Positions 27,243 through 41,356 of a stretch of 64,000 nucleotides of DNA are shown in pieces; position 1 is the first letter of the stretch; the number at the start of each line of letters is the position of its first letter. Below the pieces are notes generated by a model, which was not told the DNA's origin, did no database searches, and saw nothing but the letters and a program-made list of their open reading frames with translations. Source of the DNA: Adineta vaga (taxonomy: Eukaryota; Animalia; Rotifera); assembly GCA_021613535.1 (NCBI GenBank), contig CP075494.1, forward strand, positions 14,322,001 to 14,386,000, in the 5' to 3' direction. A program made the translations under genes and the position numbers.

Positions 27243-28142
27243 TTAAGAATGATAAACGTCAGCGATATTTTTTAATTCTACTAATTGTTGTTCAAGTAAT
27301 GCAATATCTCGATCAATTGATGATAATGTGGCATTTTTTGATATCCATGTTTGAATAAGATCAGCAACAGAAATAATTACGGAAATACCGAGAATTTTCC
27401 CACTAATCGTTCCGGCAGTTTTTGCACCAGTGGCTAAAGCACTAGCTAATGATGGTAATTGTCCAATTAATTCACTCCATGTTCCGAGAGTTGAAGCAGC
27501 TTGAATGGCTTGAGATAATTTCAAAAAATTGACACCAGCTTTTGTAACTGAATAACCAAGCGAATAGACAGTAACAAGCCATGCTGTTATATCTTTTATA
27601 TTTGATTCACAAACTTTCATTGCTATAGAATCTTCATTCAATAATGTTGTATATTCTGTTCGAAGACGTTTTTCAATCACATTTTCAGTAATAGCTGTAC
27701 CAAGACTTGTAGCACTACCAGCGAGAAGAACAGGCACGCCAACAGGAGGAAAAACAAAACAAAGAATACCACCAATAATCGATGCAGAATTACCAACTGT
27801 ATTGGAAATTTTACAATTTGTTATATGTTTTGCCATTCGAAGACGAAGTTTTTTTAATCCTTCAATTGTAGTTGCACGTTTTTCAAGAAAAGCTTTTAAT
27901 GGTTCAATTGATGGTGGTTTTATAATCGGTGTTGTCGTCGAATTATTTTCATCAATCATAGATTTTAATTCAACAAGCGTGGGATATGATGTTAATTTAA
28001 CATCATTTTTTTTCTCTTCTTCAATAATATCATTCAATGTTGGATAGAGTGTATTTGATTCAGTATGATCTTCTATTTTATCAGACTTTTTACCTAATGA
28101 TACTAAACCAGCATTTATTAAAGCTTCTATCGTATCACTCAT
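27243..28142 (-). CDS. Apolipoprotein L-like protein
   Basis: HITNCKISNTVGNSASIIGGILCFVFPPVGVPVLLAGSATSLGTAITE Gly/Ala hydrophobic hairpin; C-terminal ISVADLI segment plus leucine-zipper-like helix; intronless. Confidence 0.55.
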   Translation of the reverse strand: MSDTIEALINAGLVSLGKKSDKIEDHTESNTLYPTLNDIIEEEKKNDVKLTSYPTLVELKSMIDENNSTTTPIIKPPSIEPLKAFLEKRATTIEGLKKLRLRMAKHITNCKISNTVGNSASIIGGILCFVFPPVGVPVLLAGSATSLGTAITENVIEKRLRTEYTTLLNEDSIAMKVCESNIKDITAWLVTVYSLGYSVTKAGVNFLKLSQAIQAASTLGTWSELIGQLPSLASALATGAKTAGTISGKILGISVIISVADLIQTWISKNATLSSIDRDIALLEQQLVELKNIADVYHS

Positions 28143-29049
28143 TCTGTCGAGAGAAAAAACAAAAACAGAAACAAACTACTAATCTCGCGCTTCTTCTCGC
28201 AACGTGTTTCTTCTGTCCTTTTCATCTCTTCGAACGTCTTCATAGAAAGAAGAATATTCTAGTTATCAGTGTACGTTTCTTTGCTGTATATGATATGACA
28301 TACTGTAGCTGAGTCAGAAGAAGAGCGACAATCATATGACTCATTGCAAACAATCAAATTCCTATATTGAAAGTTCAATTAGTATGATCTATTAAAAATC
28401 AAATGTTTTCGTGACTTGATTTCAAGAATTTTCGTTAAATCTTTTTCGGTCTATTCAATTGAATAAACACGATCAAGAAAAGTAAATAGACCATGCATAG
28501 AATGAATTTATTCGTTCGTTCGATCGATCGAGCGAACATCTTTCTGTTCTTCACTTTCGTACAAGTTAACTATCAGTATATCATAAACTACTTGTTATTT
28601 TTCTTCACCTTCTATTCGTCAGCTATTATCATCGTCGTTGAAGACAAACTGTTCACATGTCTGAAGCATTTTTGTAAGTAATCAAATTATTCCAAGTTTG
28701 TGATTTGATTAAATAAGATGAAGATCTTGACATTTAAAAATAACATATGATTCAAATCTTGGTTTGAATCATCGCAAAAACAATGATTCGATGAGTCAGC
28801 AAGTGTTTTCATGTGCATAATTTATTACGCATATAAAAATTTCGGTTACATTCTTGTTTTTTCTCCCTGCCTACATTTTCGATGATGATTACTCATCTTT
28901 TGTGTGTTTGATAGAGAACAAAACGAACTACCTGAAAAAATTTCAGTAGGAGTGACGAACAATAAAAGTCGCATATATATATATATATATAAATGAATAT
29001 ACATTCATCTAAATCAGTTATTAACTTATTGCAATTCTAAACTTTGAAT

Positions 29050-30918
29050 ATGTCAGCTGCTGTGATCACACATCGTGTTAATTATTCAGAATATATGGCA
29101 GAGTAAGTACTGGAGAAAAAAGTAATTACACTTCCAGAGAAATGAATCGTTAGAAAAACAAATAGGAGTTGGTTTTTTTCGTATTCTTTTTATGATCGAA
29201 AATGTCATAAAATAATTTGGTTCTTCTATAACACATTTTTCATGATTTCTTTGCATATTGTAGTGTTACCGGTAATCAAAAGACAACAACAAAATCAGTA
29301 AATTCTGGTGTTTCTCAACTGAATAGTAATTTTCTTAATCGACAAAATCAAGGCACTCAACAAACAGGTGTAGCTATGCCACACTATGGTGGTGGTGCAG
29401 AGAAATGTGCTCGATGTTCTAAAAATGTCTATTTAGCTGAGAAAAAAATTGGTGCTGGTCGTGTATGTATTTCCGTTGATTATCAATGATGAAAAATTCT
29501 TCATTTTTTATGTTTCTTCTAGTCATTTCATTCCAGTTGTTTCAGTTGTCAAACATGTAATCGTAAATTAGATGCAACAACATTATCTGAACATAAAGGT
29601 GAAATCTTTTGTAAAACATGTTACACAAGACAATTTGGTGTTCATGGTTTGATTAGTGGTGTAACCATGTCAACTGAACATCCAGTACGTGAAGTTCGTC
29701 ATTCACGTCGATCATCCTATGGCAGTGATCTTGATGCTCCACTTATTACACAAAAACAAACTCGACCACGTGCACATTCTAATGATAATGCACTTCTTGG
29801 TGAGCATGGTGCTACACAACATGATGAAGTATCGAAAATGTTTCCATGGCGTAATGAAGTTTTACCTGAACAACAGCAAGAACATCAACAACAACAACAA
29901 AAAACAGAACATCTACCATCAACGAATGAATTGACAGCTATATTTGATGAAATTGTGAATAGACCATATGCAAGACCAACAAGTCAAATTGGTTTTGAGA
30001 AAGTCATTCAATCGACAACAGATGAGAATCAATCGGTTCATAGTGGTGATGTTGATCGACAAAAATATTATTTTGGAGAGCAAAATGGTACATCAGCACT
30101 TCTTAATATGCCTGTTGTTTCACCACCAAAACGAATGGATTCAATTAATGAACGAGTTGAAATGCCAACATTTCCAACGAAATATAATCCACGAAGTCGA
30201 AGTCCATCACCAACATCAGCAGATACATATCTTCGACGAACAAGTCGTGAGCGTCAAACAGATATATCAGGTATATAAAAGATCTTGTTTTTAATTTTCT
30301 AAATCTAATTTTTTTTCTATTTAAAATAGATAATTTCTCCCGTTTAACATTAAATGATAGTCAAAATGGAATGAATAACAAAAATTTTGCTACCGACAAG
30401 ATAACTATCGAAAATCCACTTCTCAGACAAACATATTCTCATGAAGATAAACACATTTCATCAAATACAATTCGTGAACAAAATCATTCACGTGATTCAT
30501 CACCATCAGCAACTGTCAATAGTAATCGATCACCTTCACCAACAAGTGATTATGCATCATCAAGTGCACATGGAGATGGTGGTTTACGTGATTCCACATC
30601 ACCACCATCAGCATTTGTTCCACAACATGATTATCTCAATGTAAATACAATTAGTTTTTTTTTTCGTTTCAAAATAAAATCTAATCTATGTGATTAATTT
30701 AGACTCGATCATCGAATGCAAGTGTTGTTGATCGTCAATCACCATCATCTCAAAATGAACGAACATCATCAGCTTTACATGATTTTGTTTCAAAAACAAA
30801 TACAATTTCTTCACCAGGACTCAGTGGTAAATATTCGACTATTGGTGCTTTGATCAAACCACATCGACCATTATCACAGTTGAATAATGCAAATAACGAT
30901 GATGATTTCGATAATTAA
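29050..30918 (+). CDS. Single-LIM (CRP/MLP-type) protein with long Ser/Pro-rich disordered tail
   Basis: GGAEKCARCSKNVYLAEK...FHSSCFSCQTCNRKLD...IFCKTCYTRQFG. Confidence 0.8.
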
Positions 30919-31211
30919 TGAACAAATCAAATCGGATCAAAAGACTTTATTATTATTATTATTATTATTTTGTACCTTGTAGTTGCGCATTTTTCCCTTT
31001 TTTAACGTTTTTTTTTAACATTCGTCATTTTTAACATGAACAAAAAACAAAATCGAAACAAATAGTTTGTGTCTTGCTCTGTTTCATTAGTATCAAAACA
31101 ACAAACGTACACAGATACACACACACACGCACAAAGGAAAGAATATAATTCTAAGGTTGTTTCTTTTTTTCCAAACAATATATAAACTATACAGGAGAAA
31201 AACAATGTTTT

Positions 31212-33687
31212 TTATGAGGCAGCTGTTGATGACGGTGGTGGTAGATGATGTCCTTGTTTAAGTAGTAATGCACGTAGAATAGCAGTTAAATCAATTGAAT
31301 TTGATGATGATGTAGAAGTATTTGGTTGAGAACTTTTCGTTTTTTGTTGATGTTCAAGAAGTAATTGATTAAGAACGGCAACTGATGGTGATGAAGTTTT
31401 CTCTTGTACTGGTTTTAGTTGACTATTATTATTAGTATTTGTAGGAATCGATGATTTACGTCGTTGAACATTATCATTTGTAGATTCATGACGAATGAAA
31501 TATGAATGATCATGATAAACAATATATGCAGGAGAATCTGGATCAACAGTGATATATATCGGCATTGAAGGAGCTGAATGACGAGCCTATTCATAGTAAA
31601 ATGGACATGAAATAAGAATTGATAAATCAATTGATAGGACTTACTCGTTTCGAACTTGACATAGGTGTATATTCTGTTTCACGATCGAAATCATCATCAT
31701 CACTTAGACCAGCTAATTGTCGATAATTTTTTCTTGTTTTTGTATTATTATTTTTATCTCGTGTGATGATATTGGATTTTCGGAGTGGATTTTCTCGATG
31801 ATTAGATTCATTTATATCATAATCTTCATCAAAATGAGGAGTGGTTGGTTGACATTCAGACCAACATTCTTTAAAATAATGAAGAAGACGATTTGCTATG
31901 CGACCCATAACTAATGAAGTGAAGAAAAAGAAAACAATTGAAAAGAATTCATTTTGAATTGAATTACTGCTTCGTTTGCCGTTATACTGTTCACAATTGG
32001 CGACCATTAATTCAATATCGTGAATGAATTCAGATGAATTATTAACATAAATTTTATCATGAATCTTTTGTTGAATCGTCGATAGATCAATTGGTTTCTG
32101 AAAATCATAATTATAGATCTTAATTTAGTTGTAAGATTTTCATCTCGAATCACTTACCTCAATAATAGAGAAATAATTCGGTGCTAATTCTTCAGTAACA
32201 GGTTCAAGAAATGGCCAACTGTTCTCATTTGTTCGTAATAATGTTAATACTAAATTTGAATAGGAAAGATTTGATTTGATTTTATCTATGAAATATACCA
32301 ATTGAGTTTTACCTTTTTGATGAACATCATTTGTATCTATTAATTGGCTATTTTCATCGTTTAAAAATGATGATGATGTATTGCTATTTTCATCAAATTC
32401 AGATTCATTCGGACCTCTTGGTAATCCAGCTGCTGTACGACGACGAATTCGATCCGCACGTTCTTTATGCAAATTGAAACAATAGTTCATTGATGGAAAT
32501 TTTAAATGAATCTTTACCTTCTCTTCTTTTCACGCGTTCACTACGTTCTAAACGTTCTTTTTCTTTCGCAATGGTATCTTCTTGTCGTCGTTTAAATTCA
32601 AGAAATTTATCATGTCGTGCTTTTTGTTCTTGAGTTATTTCTTCGAATTCAAGTCGTTGTTGTCGTTTAGCTTCGAGACGCGTTGATGCACGTTTCGGTT
32701 CATATGATGTCCAACGACGATGTCGATCACGATCTTTACGTGAATAGATATCTGGTAAATCAGTATTTAATGCTACTAAACGTTCAAGTAATTGACGATC
32801 TTTTAGACTAGAATTCTTTCTTGAACATAATTTACGAAAATTTTCAATAAAAACATTCCATTCATCTAATGTACGACAAACACATTCCCATGTTGATGTT
32901 CTAAAATGTATTTCATTAGATTTGAATTAATAATTTTCTTCGAAATCTTTTACTCTGTACGTTTATTCCATGAATCACAATAGAGTCGAGTATCACCAAA
33001 ATACCATAATTTATTTCCACGAGAATCTTCACCAAATGGTTCAAAACGTAATGAATCTGCAGGCATATTCTAAAGAAAACATAAGTTCACAATCGAATTA
33101 TCAATGATATATACTGTCGACTTTACCTCTGTTACTTGATCGATATCAGCTTTATTCAATCGTGCATCACAAAGAGCTCGAAGTACTGTAACTTTTTCGA
33201 AAATTGACATTTCTTGCCATTCAGTTGTACTTATTGTATCATCCGAGACGGTCATTAAAGTCGATGGAGTGGAAGAAGTAGCAATAGTCAGATCACATCG
33301 TTTGAGGACATTACTAAGCATACTAAACATATTTGATGAACTGAAATAGGGAGAAGAATTTGTATTTGAATTGTGATTGAATGAAAAAAAAACTTACTTG
33401 ACATGTAAACGTATCAATCCGGAGAGAAGAGAAATGAGAAGTTCTTGAAGAAATGGATGAATTTCCTCGGGATTATCTGATAACAATGCATCTTCCAATT
33501 CTTCTTGATGAAAATCGAATAATTGAAAAGCATCACAAAAAACACGAGCAAAGAGGGAAATATAAGGTATTTGCCAACTGTTTTGTAGAGCTAAAGTAAA
33601 ATTGACATGGAAAAATTTAACAAACTTCTTTTCGAACTTACTCTTCTGTATATTTGATATTTGTGCATCGGGCCATTCTGATGACAT
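31212..33687 (-). CDS. CECR2: CECR2/dikar-like bromodomain chromatin factor
   Basis: SWQIPYISLFARVF N-terminal motif, KVTVLRALCD (WHIM1), LRFEPFGEDSRGNKLWYFGDTRLY, bromodomain SWPFLEPV...APNY...PIDL...NCEQYN. Confidence 0.7.
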
Positions 33688-34609
33688 AACCCTGTTTGTT
33701 GTTTATTTATTTTTCTGAAAAAAAAAACAAAAACAAACTTCTCATGAGTCATTAATAGATCTGATCATTATTAGAAATAAGATTAGGATGATTCATCATT
33801 TTTGAAGTTTTCTCATTTTCTTTTCTTTCATTTCTGACAATTACAATCAAAGTCTTCTGAATATTAAACAAAGCAATGTTTATTTATCAAATTTGAAATC
33901 TTTCATAGAAAAACTTCTTTTCACTAAATTGAATTCTATTTATTCAATATAGATACATCTCAATAAGATATTTTGAACTTTAAAGCATTCTAACTATGAG
34001 AAGATTTGCTTGTTGCAGTTGCACAATACAACATGCAATGCAAAGCAAAGACGTCATTCATTCATTCATTCATTCTCTTCTCTTTTCATAATTTGACCAA
34101 TAGAATGTTAAATAAAAGTAATATTTAAGAAGTTTTCGAAAACTTCATTAATAAACTTCGAAGAATAGATCATACGAAAAATTCATCGAAAAGAATCAAA
34201 TTAATTTTTTTCGAAATGATGGCGCCACATGCATTTACTTATTTCTAGTAAAGAAAACTGAACATCATTTTAAACTTAACAAAACGATATTTATGTTCTG
34301 AATTCTTCTATCGGTGATTAATTCAAAAAATTGATATATCACAACACTGTTTGTAGATTTGATGATAAAGTTACAATTTTGCATGTAGGATGATATAGTT
34401 AGTTCAGTGCGAAGATTGTTATTGTTTCCTCTATTAGAAAAAAATTCAATAAGAGAATTTTTATCCGATCAAACAAATGTCTTTTCATTCTTTCATGTCT
34501 GCCTTTTAACTCCAATAGCAACGTTTTCTTTTTGTTTGCAAACACACATCGAGGAAAGAATTGAGACGAAGTAAGTCATTAAAACGAGAATTCTGAAAAG
34601 AAAAGTGCG

Positions 34610-35167
34610 ATGTTTCAACCATCCGTTTTCTGTGTTAAACTTCAACTTCATTTCGGTGGAGATATTCATGATATCTCAGTACCGACATACAATGGTGCTG
34701 AACCAACTGTCAGCGATCTAATGAATGTCATTGAACGAGATTTTCGTGTACCACGCGCCTTACAAACACTCGTTTTTCATGGTCAAGATTTACATCCATA
34801 TACAAATGAAGCATTAAGTCGTTTCGGTATTAAGAATGGTGTTCCTATTCGATTAGTAGGTCGAATGACTCCACCTGATATAATTCAACAAGTAAATAAT
34901 CAATACAATGCTAATTCATATCAACAATCTTACTATACTCAACAGCAACAACCATATTATGATCAACAGCCGAATCTTGTTACATTTCATACTTCTGAAC
35001 AAAGTTTACCATACTATTCTGAACAGTATCAATATCCACAAAGTGTTTCTGTTAGTACTCAATGTCCACAAACTCCAGCACCAGCATGTTCAAATCAAAA
35101 TCAACCACCACCAACACCGAATCAAGGTCAAACGTCTGAACGTTCAAATGGTGAAGGAAATAAATAA
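34610..35167 (+). CDS. Ubiquitin-like domain protein with Gln/Tyr/Pro-rich tail
   Basis: PTVSDLMNVIERDFRVPRALQTLVFHGQDL...LSRFGIKNGVPIRLVG, a BAG1-type UBL pattern. Confidence 0.7.
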   Translation: MFQPSVFCVKLQLHFGGDIHDISVPTYNGAEPTVSDLMNVIERDFRVPRALQTLVFHGQDLHPYTNEALSRFGIKNGVPIRLVGRMTPPDIIQQVNNQYNANSYQQSYYTQQQQPYYDQQPNLVTFHTSEQSLPYYSEQYQYPQSVSVSTQCPQTPAPACSNQNQPPPTPNQGQTSERSNGEGNK

Positions 35168-35389
35168 TTCTTCTCTTGTTTTATTCCATTGATTAGGTTA
35201 CATTGAAATTGCAAAGAAAACGATTCGAAATCCTTTGTTTTTGAAAAAAAGTTTCTATCTCTCGTATTTTTTTTTCTACTTTATTCAATTGCTTTTTGTT
35301 TTATGAATCATAACGAATACACACAAATAAATAAAAACAAACATCAAATTCGAGAATGATAACGAGACAGACTGATAAATTTTTTTTTA

Positions 35390-36268
35390 TTAAAAAATGA
35401 AAATATAAGCAATCAGAGTTAATATAACAATAACACCTACAGTTAAACCAATTTTCGTCAAAGATGACATTCGATTTAAATAATTTGCATCTTTACGATA
35501 TTGTTGAGATAGTGTTGCAAGATTTGACGCTTTTTTATCAAGATCTAAAGAAAGAAAATATGAATTATTTTTGAATCTATCGTCAAGAAAATCTTCTCAT
35601 TACATTCTATTGTTTCACCACGTGTTATAACATCTTGAATATTTGTAACCATTATATTTTGTACATCGCGTAAATCAGTTCTTAATCGACCCATAGCTTC
35701 ACGTGACGTTCGACTATCTGCATATTGTTTTTTCATTTTCTGAATATAATTATCTACAAATTAAAATTCATTGCATATATCAAAACAAAACAATATGTCA
35801 AACAAACCGAATTCAATGAATGAATATGGTCGAGCAGCTGTTTGAATTTTTTGTCCATATTGGGCAGTGAATTCTTGAGCTAGATCTTCGAGATATGCAT
35901 AAGCATTCTTTCGTGGAAAGTTTTTTTCACATAAAGTTATATAACAAACATCATGATCAATTAAACAACTAAGATTTAGAATCAAATTTCATTTAGAAAT
36001 CGATAAGAAAGAAAATAGACATACTGGAATATATAAGGATCAGTTTCAATGCTTGCTTTGGATGGTGAATTTGGAGACAAACGACGAAGAATGCTTTTAG
36101 CTTGATTTTGATATTCAGTTCCACTACGACCAGACTTAATCAATAGAATTGAAGAGATAAAGTAATGGAAAAATGAAAGATTCTTACTTCATCACGCATA
36201 TCATTGTGAACGGAAGCAGCAAGAGGTAGACCGTCGGCCACACGACCGATCATTGTCATAAGAACCAT
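35390..36268 (-). CDS. SEC22B: Vesicle-trafficking SNARE SEC22b
   Basis: MVLMTMIGRVADGLPLAAS, AARPYSFIEF, DVQNIMVTNIQDV, C-terminal TM. Confidence 0.95.
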
Positions 36269-36732
36269 GTTTCAAAATTTATCGAATTATCCGATTCTCT
36301 TACAGCGTGGTTTTATGTCGTTTGTCTTCTAATGGCTACGTGTGCATGTATGACGTGAAATATCGCTGCGCTGCTATTTCATCTAGAAAATATAACCAAT
36401 ATATAAGCATATTTAGAGATGTCACTAAGATCTCTTTATTCGATATAAGCAAGAGTCTTATATCGATGCTCGCCTTCAATTTTGACGAAAATATCTTTTA
36501 ATTAATCGATTGGGAAACATAATGAAGTGAAAAGTAAAACCGTATGTTAATTTATTTTGTTAATAATATCTTCTTACAGAAAACAAAGAAGTTGAATTAA
36601 CAATTGAAAGAAATATTTTCATCGAGATATTTATATATATATATAATGTAATATTCTCATGACATTACAGAAGAAGAAGAAGAAGAAGAAAGAACACAAG
36701 ACTCTGATATATAAGATCGTTTGTACAAGAAA

Positions 36733-37934
36733 TTAAAAGATACAACCACGTTTTCGAATTGCTAAATGACCATCATGTAAAAGTGCAAGGCTAACACGAT
36801 GTTTGATATTTGTACCTGAACGACGTACGAGTAAATCATTCCGACCAACTGTTAAAACAAGTGCAGGAACTATTTCCAAATCATCAAAAACTAAAAGTAT
36901 AGGTGAATTGCGTGAGAACCAAGCACGTTGATACCATAAACGGCCTTCTTCAATTCGAACGTCAATTGAAGATTTTGTTCCTAAATCATCCTGTTGATTT
37001 TCTGTTGATTTATTTTCCAGAGATGAGTCAATATTTTTCAAACCACGACGAACATCTTTAATATCTTGTTCAATATCTGAATTTGATAAACAACGTTGTA
37101 ATTCAATACCACCAAATAGTGGTAATAACGAATGTGTTCCACTAAAGATTGATAAATCTTTCAAAGATGGTATCATTGTTGTTGTCGCATTTTCCGAAAG
37201 AATTTCATTGGCAGCAGCTCGTCGTAGATTATATGTTGGTCGTTGTTGCTGTTGCATGGAATCATTTGAATGATGATTATGTCCATCGAATAGATTGCTA
37301 TCATTGATATGAGTATTGCTTCCATTGAGTAAAAATTGATCATTATCAGAATTTTGACGATGACGTATATTCACATTTTGATGTTCATATTCTAAATGTC
37401 GACGTTTATCATTGAATGTGGATAATAATTTTGACTTAAAATCGATCTTTTTCATTTGAAATGTTTCATCCGATTGACGTAATTCATGCGCATACATTTT
37501 CTCAATAGTATTTGATCGATAATAACGCCAAAGATTGAGATTATTGATCTATCAAAATGACAAGAATTCAGAAATAAGATAAAAATAAATCGAAAATTTT
37601 CATGATTTTTCTTATCGATACTCTGACCCCCCCAAACTCACCTATTCTTTTAGCGATGATTTTAAAACCCTCTCCACTCTCTTTCTCTCTATCAACTTAC
37701 TTGTTTTTCATATAATCTCAATAATTGATCTAAACGTTTTTTATATTGTTCATAATGATTTTCATTCTCTTCCATTTGTTGTTCATGATTGATCGATTCT
37801 TTTCTTGTTAATATTTGTAATTCTTCTCGTAGATGATTTAAACGTTTTTCAATCATTTTAAAAGATATTGTTCGATTAGATAATTTCGACTTTGTTGAAT
37901 GTGAAGATTGTCGTATGGATTCAATTGAACACAT
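36733..37934 (-). CDS. Sds3/BRMS1-like Sin3-HDAC subunit
   Basis: N-terminal coiled coil; LSNSDIEQDI and DVRIEEGRLWYQRAWFSRN C-terminal region as in SDS3/BRMS1; start codon uncertain. Confidence 0.65.
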
Positions 37935-38650
37935 GATAAGAATGTTTTTTGATAAAAAGATAATAAACAAATCAATAAACTATCATCTGAAATTAGATCA
38001 AACTAGATATTGATTTAAAACGAAAGGAGTTCTCTTGTTGAAATATAGTTAATTATGAAATATCGATTGATTGATAATGAAAACTTTCACTTTCTATTGA
38101 TAACTGTTAATATGAAATAGATTTATTTAATCATTTAAAGAGATCAAAAAGAGAGAGAGAGAGATAGACAAAAAAATAATATAATGTTTACTTTAATGGA
38201 TAATAGATCTAATCCAATCGAAGATAGTAAATTTGATATGCGACATCTATAATTCATGAATTCTTATCTTATTTTGATGAATTGAGAACAATAAATATCA
38301 TTTCGATCGTGAAAAAACAAAAATATATGGATATTTACAAATGATTTGGATATATCAATGGTAAATATCTTGTGCTCTATGAAATGGAGAAGCTATATGA
38401 GAATCATTTCATACAAATGGTAGAAGTAAAAGAGAAATTCATTTAGAAAAACTACGTTTGAATTGAAAAGTTGAGAAAAATAATACTTGAAATACTTGAT
38501 ATTCAATAAACTACACGAGACACATCTTAAAACACTTATAGTGAATTCAACTATTGATTTGCACGTCTTGCTTGTAAAATATCATTTTCTAGTAGATAAC
38601 GTTTTTATTAACTTTAACAAAAAAAACAAAAACAATGCACTGTGTTTCAC

Positions 38651-40032
38651 TTAAGACAACTGAGAAAGAGCATTTTCTACCCAACGGAATGCATTTTCTA
38701 GAATCTGTTTTTGACCGATTAGATAAATCAATGAATATCGTTCATCATCGATTAATTCAGTTGATTGATATCGTTGAAGATTTTCTTCTAATGTCGTTGT
38801 AAATGTTGTCTCTTTAAATTCATTTAAAATATCTTGTAATTTATTTAATACACGTCGTTCATTGTCAACGTTTACTATGGATGAAAGAAGATCATCTAAA
38901 TTAGATATATTATACTGATCTAATTCTTCATTTGTCATTAGAATTAAACGAAGAGTAGCTAATAGATGTGCATCAATAATTGGTTCATCTTCAACAATTT
39001 GAAGTTCATGATCGAGAAAGAAATCTTCATCTACGAAAAACAAAGAAAATAAGATATAAATTCTATGATCATTTCAAACATACTTAAGTTTAATAGAAGT
39101 GTTTTCTTCATTTCCATTTCATATGTATCATTAGGATCCATTTTTAATTGAAGAAAAAAAGAATCAAAAGCATTATTTTCAATTGCAAAACCATAATAGA
39201 GTAACAATTGCCAATTGGCTAATTCATTATATCTTATACATATTTCTTCACCTTTAACAATTTTCTTTTCTGTTGTTACTAAAATAAATCTATCCGTTTG
39301 TTTATCAATACCTTTCGTAACAAGATTAGCTTCTTGAGCAAATGAAACATGATTAGCAAGATCAGCAAGAGGAATTAATGTTGTACCTAATTCAGGGATT
39401 TTAAAAGCACGACTACCAATAACCGTATATGCCCAAAGGAAATCTTCTAATGTAAATGTTTTGGAATTTATCAGATCACATACTTCACTCATGGAATGAT
39501 GCATTGTTTGAGATAAATAGAAAACAGGTGTATATTCTAGATAATCTTCTTTATGAAATAATGGTGTTGAGAATGTTTGAGGTAATAATTGAATATATGG
39601 ATACCAATGAGATTGAATACCTTTGGAACGTTCATGAAGAAGAAATAATGAGAGAATTAATGTTTCTTGATCGATATGATCTTCACTTCGTTCGAGAATA
39701 TCAGTTGTTGGTAAAACAAAAGTTGAACTATTTCGTGCAGATTCAGCTGACATTAGTAAACATATTGGAATTTGTATATTGGGTAGTTTTTCTGAAGATG
39801 TACTATAGAGAGCAAAACCATTATAGAGTTCAACAAAACGAGTTTCCACATTATCATAAAGAACATTATGTGTATGAAGCCAATTTTCAAATAAACCCAA
39901 ACGTTCTTCATTCTAAATCGAGATTATAGTTTTCCTATTTGAATACATAAGAAAAACATTTCATCATACAGTGTTTAGTTTACAACGTTGTTGATTGATA
40001 TTGTCAACTGTTGATTCTGAATGACGTTTCAT
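38651..40032 (-). CDS. SET-domain lysine methyltransferase (SETD3/SETD4/Rubisco LSMT-like)
   Basis: SHWYPYIQLLP, FLWAYTVIGSRAF, LIPLADLANH, GEEICIRY, LLLYYGF, LSMT-type C-terminal domain. Confidence 0.85.
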
Positions 40033-40242
40033 TCTACAAAACATAAATAAATACATATTAGTCTTTCTCTTTATTTGAAACATCAAATAATTCCTAGTTC
40101 ACTTTAAAGATAATATGTAACTGAAAAATATCTCTTATCATTTCTTTTAATATCAAAAAAAAGTCTATATAAACTGTTAGTTATCTTTAACTCTTTACAA
40201 ATTCAACGGTGACTTTTCTTTCTACCGATAGAAATTAAAAGA

Positions 40243-40755
40243 ATGCTTGCCTACGATTTTCAACTGGATGTGTTCCGATCAATGTGTGCAGCTGCTTGGA
40301 TTATGTTTGCTCTAATCTTTAAGAATATTGTATTACTCGTGATTTTAGCTGTTCAACGAAGAAAAAATGCTCTCTATAAAATACCCGAAGATGTGAATAC
40401 ATTTGGTGCTGGACAACAGAGTTTATCCACTGATGATTGGAGTTTAGCTGGACGTATTCAACGTGTATTAGCTAATGATACGGAATATATTCCCTACTTT
40501 TTAGTATTATTCATTTTCATGTTTTGTGGAATGAATGTAACTGGTGTAACTAGTCAACATTATTTAGCACGAGTATTAGTCTACGGACTTTTATTTACTC
40601 TTGGTCGTTATCTACATACAATAGGTTATTTAGTTGGTCATACTTATACACGTATACTTGGATTTCTGATTACTGTTCTTTTTCTTTTTATAATAGCGAT
40701 TGATCATGTGTATTATATCACGAAAGGTTTACATAACTATCCACTTAAACCTTAA
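40243..40755 (+). CDS. MAPEG family protein (microsomal GST / prostaglandin E synthase-like)
   Basis: IPED, RIQRVLANDTEYIPYF, RYLHTIGY; four hydrophobic helices. Confidence 0.8.
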   Translation: MLAYDFQLDVFRSMCAAAWIMFALIFKNIVLLVILAVQRRKNALYKIPEDVNTFGAGQQSLSTDDWSLAGRIQRVLANDTEYIPYFLVLFIFMFCGMNVTGVTSQHYLARVLVYGLLFTLGRYLHTIGYLVGHTYTRILGFLITVLFLFIIAIDHVYYITKGLHNYPLKP

Positions 40756-41356
40756 ATTGATTACTTTTTTTTAAATTTTCATTGAAAACAATCTATGTCT
40801 TGTTGAAATAAACACTGGAAAATAAAACGAAGTCCACTCTAATATCTGTAAGATAATTTTCATGTACTTCGTACGAATAGATAAGAAAAATAATCATTCT
40901 AAAGAATTACATATTACTATTATAACTAATAGATCATCACGCATAAGATCACTGTCACTGTCACTGTCACTCAAGAAACTAAAGAATATCGTTTCACTGA
41001 TTCTTTCTAAAAAAAAGAATTCACAATCAAAGAAAAATGATCGGAGTTATTCTATGGGTTCGCAAATATGTGGTAAAATTCATCTAATTTATTAAAACAA
41101 ATAGTAATTTGCACAATCGAATTGTTTGTTTTTTTATTCTTTGATAAATAGATCGTTAAGAAAGAATATAAAATATATCACCTAACCATGTTGAACAATT
41201 TGATAAGAAGAATGTATAGAATATGATCACGAATAAAGAAAATTACGAGAAAAAGAATATACAAAAAGAAAAAACACAAAGCAATTGATAGAAAGATTAG
41301 ATATTCACTAAATAGAATCATTTTCATCGAATAAAATCACTGATAGTTCAAGAGAA

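Noticed and set aside
37615-37700. Purine-rich patch with a GTGAGT donor-like site (minus strand) in the SDS3-like intron
   Set aside because: Could be an alternative donor, but no supportable exon or RNA structure was found
39456-39929. Long antisense and alternative-frame ORFs (also 1268-1585, 8017-8295, 22147-22839, 27802-28047, 63247-63516)
   Set aside because: Shadows of real genes caused by codon bias; no recognisable motifs
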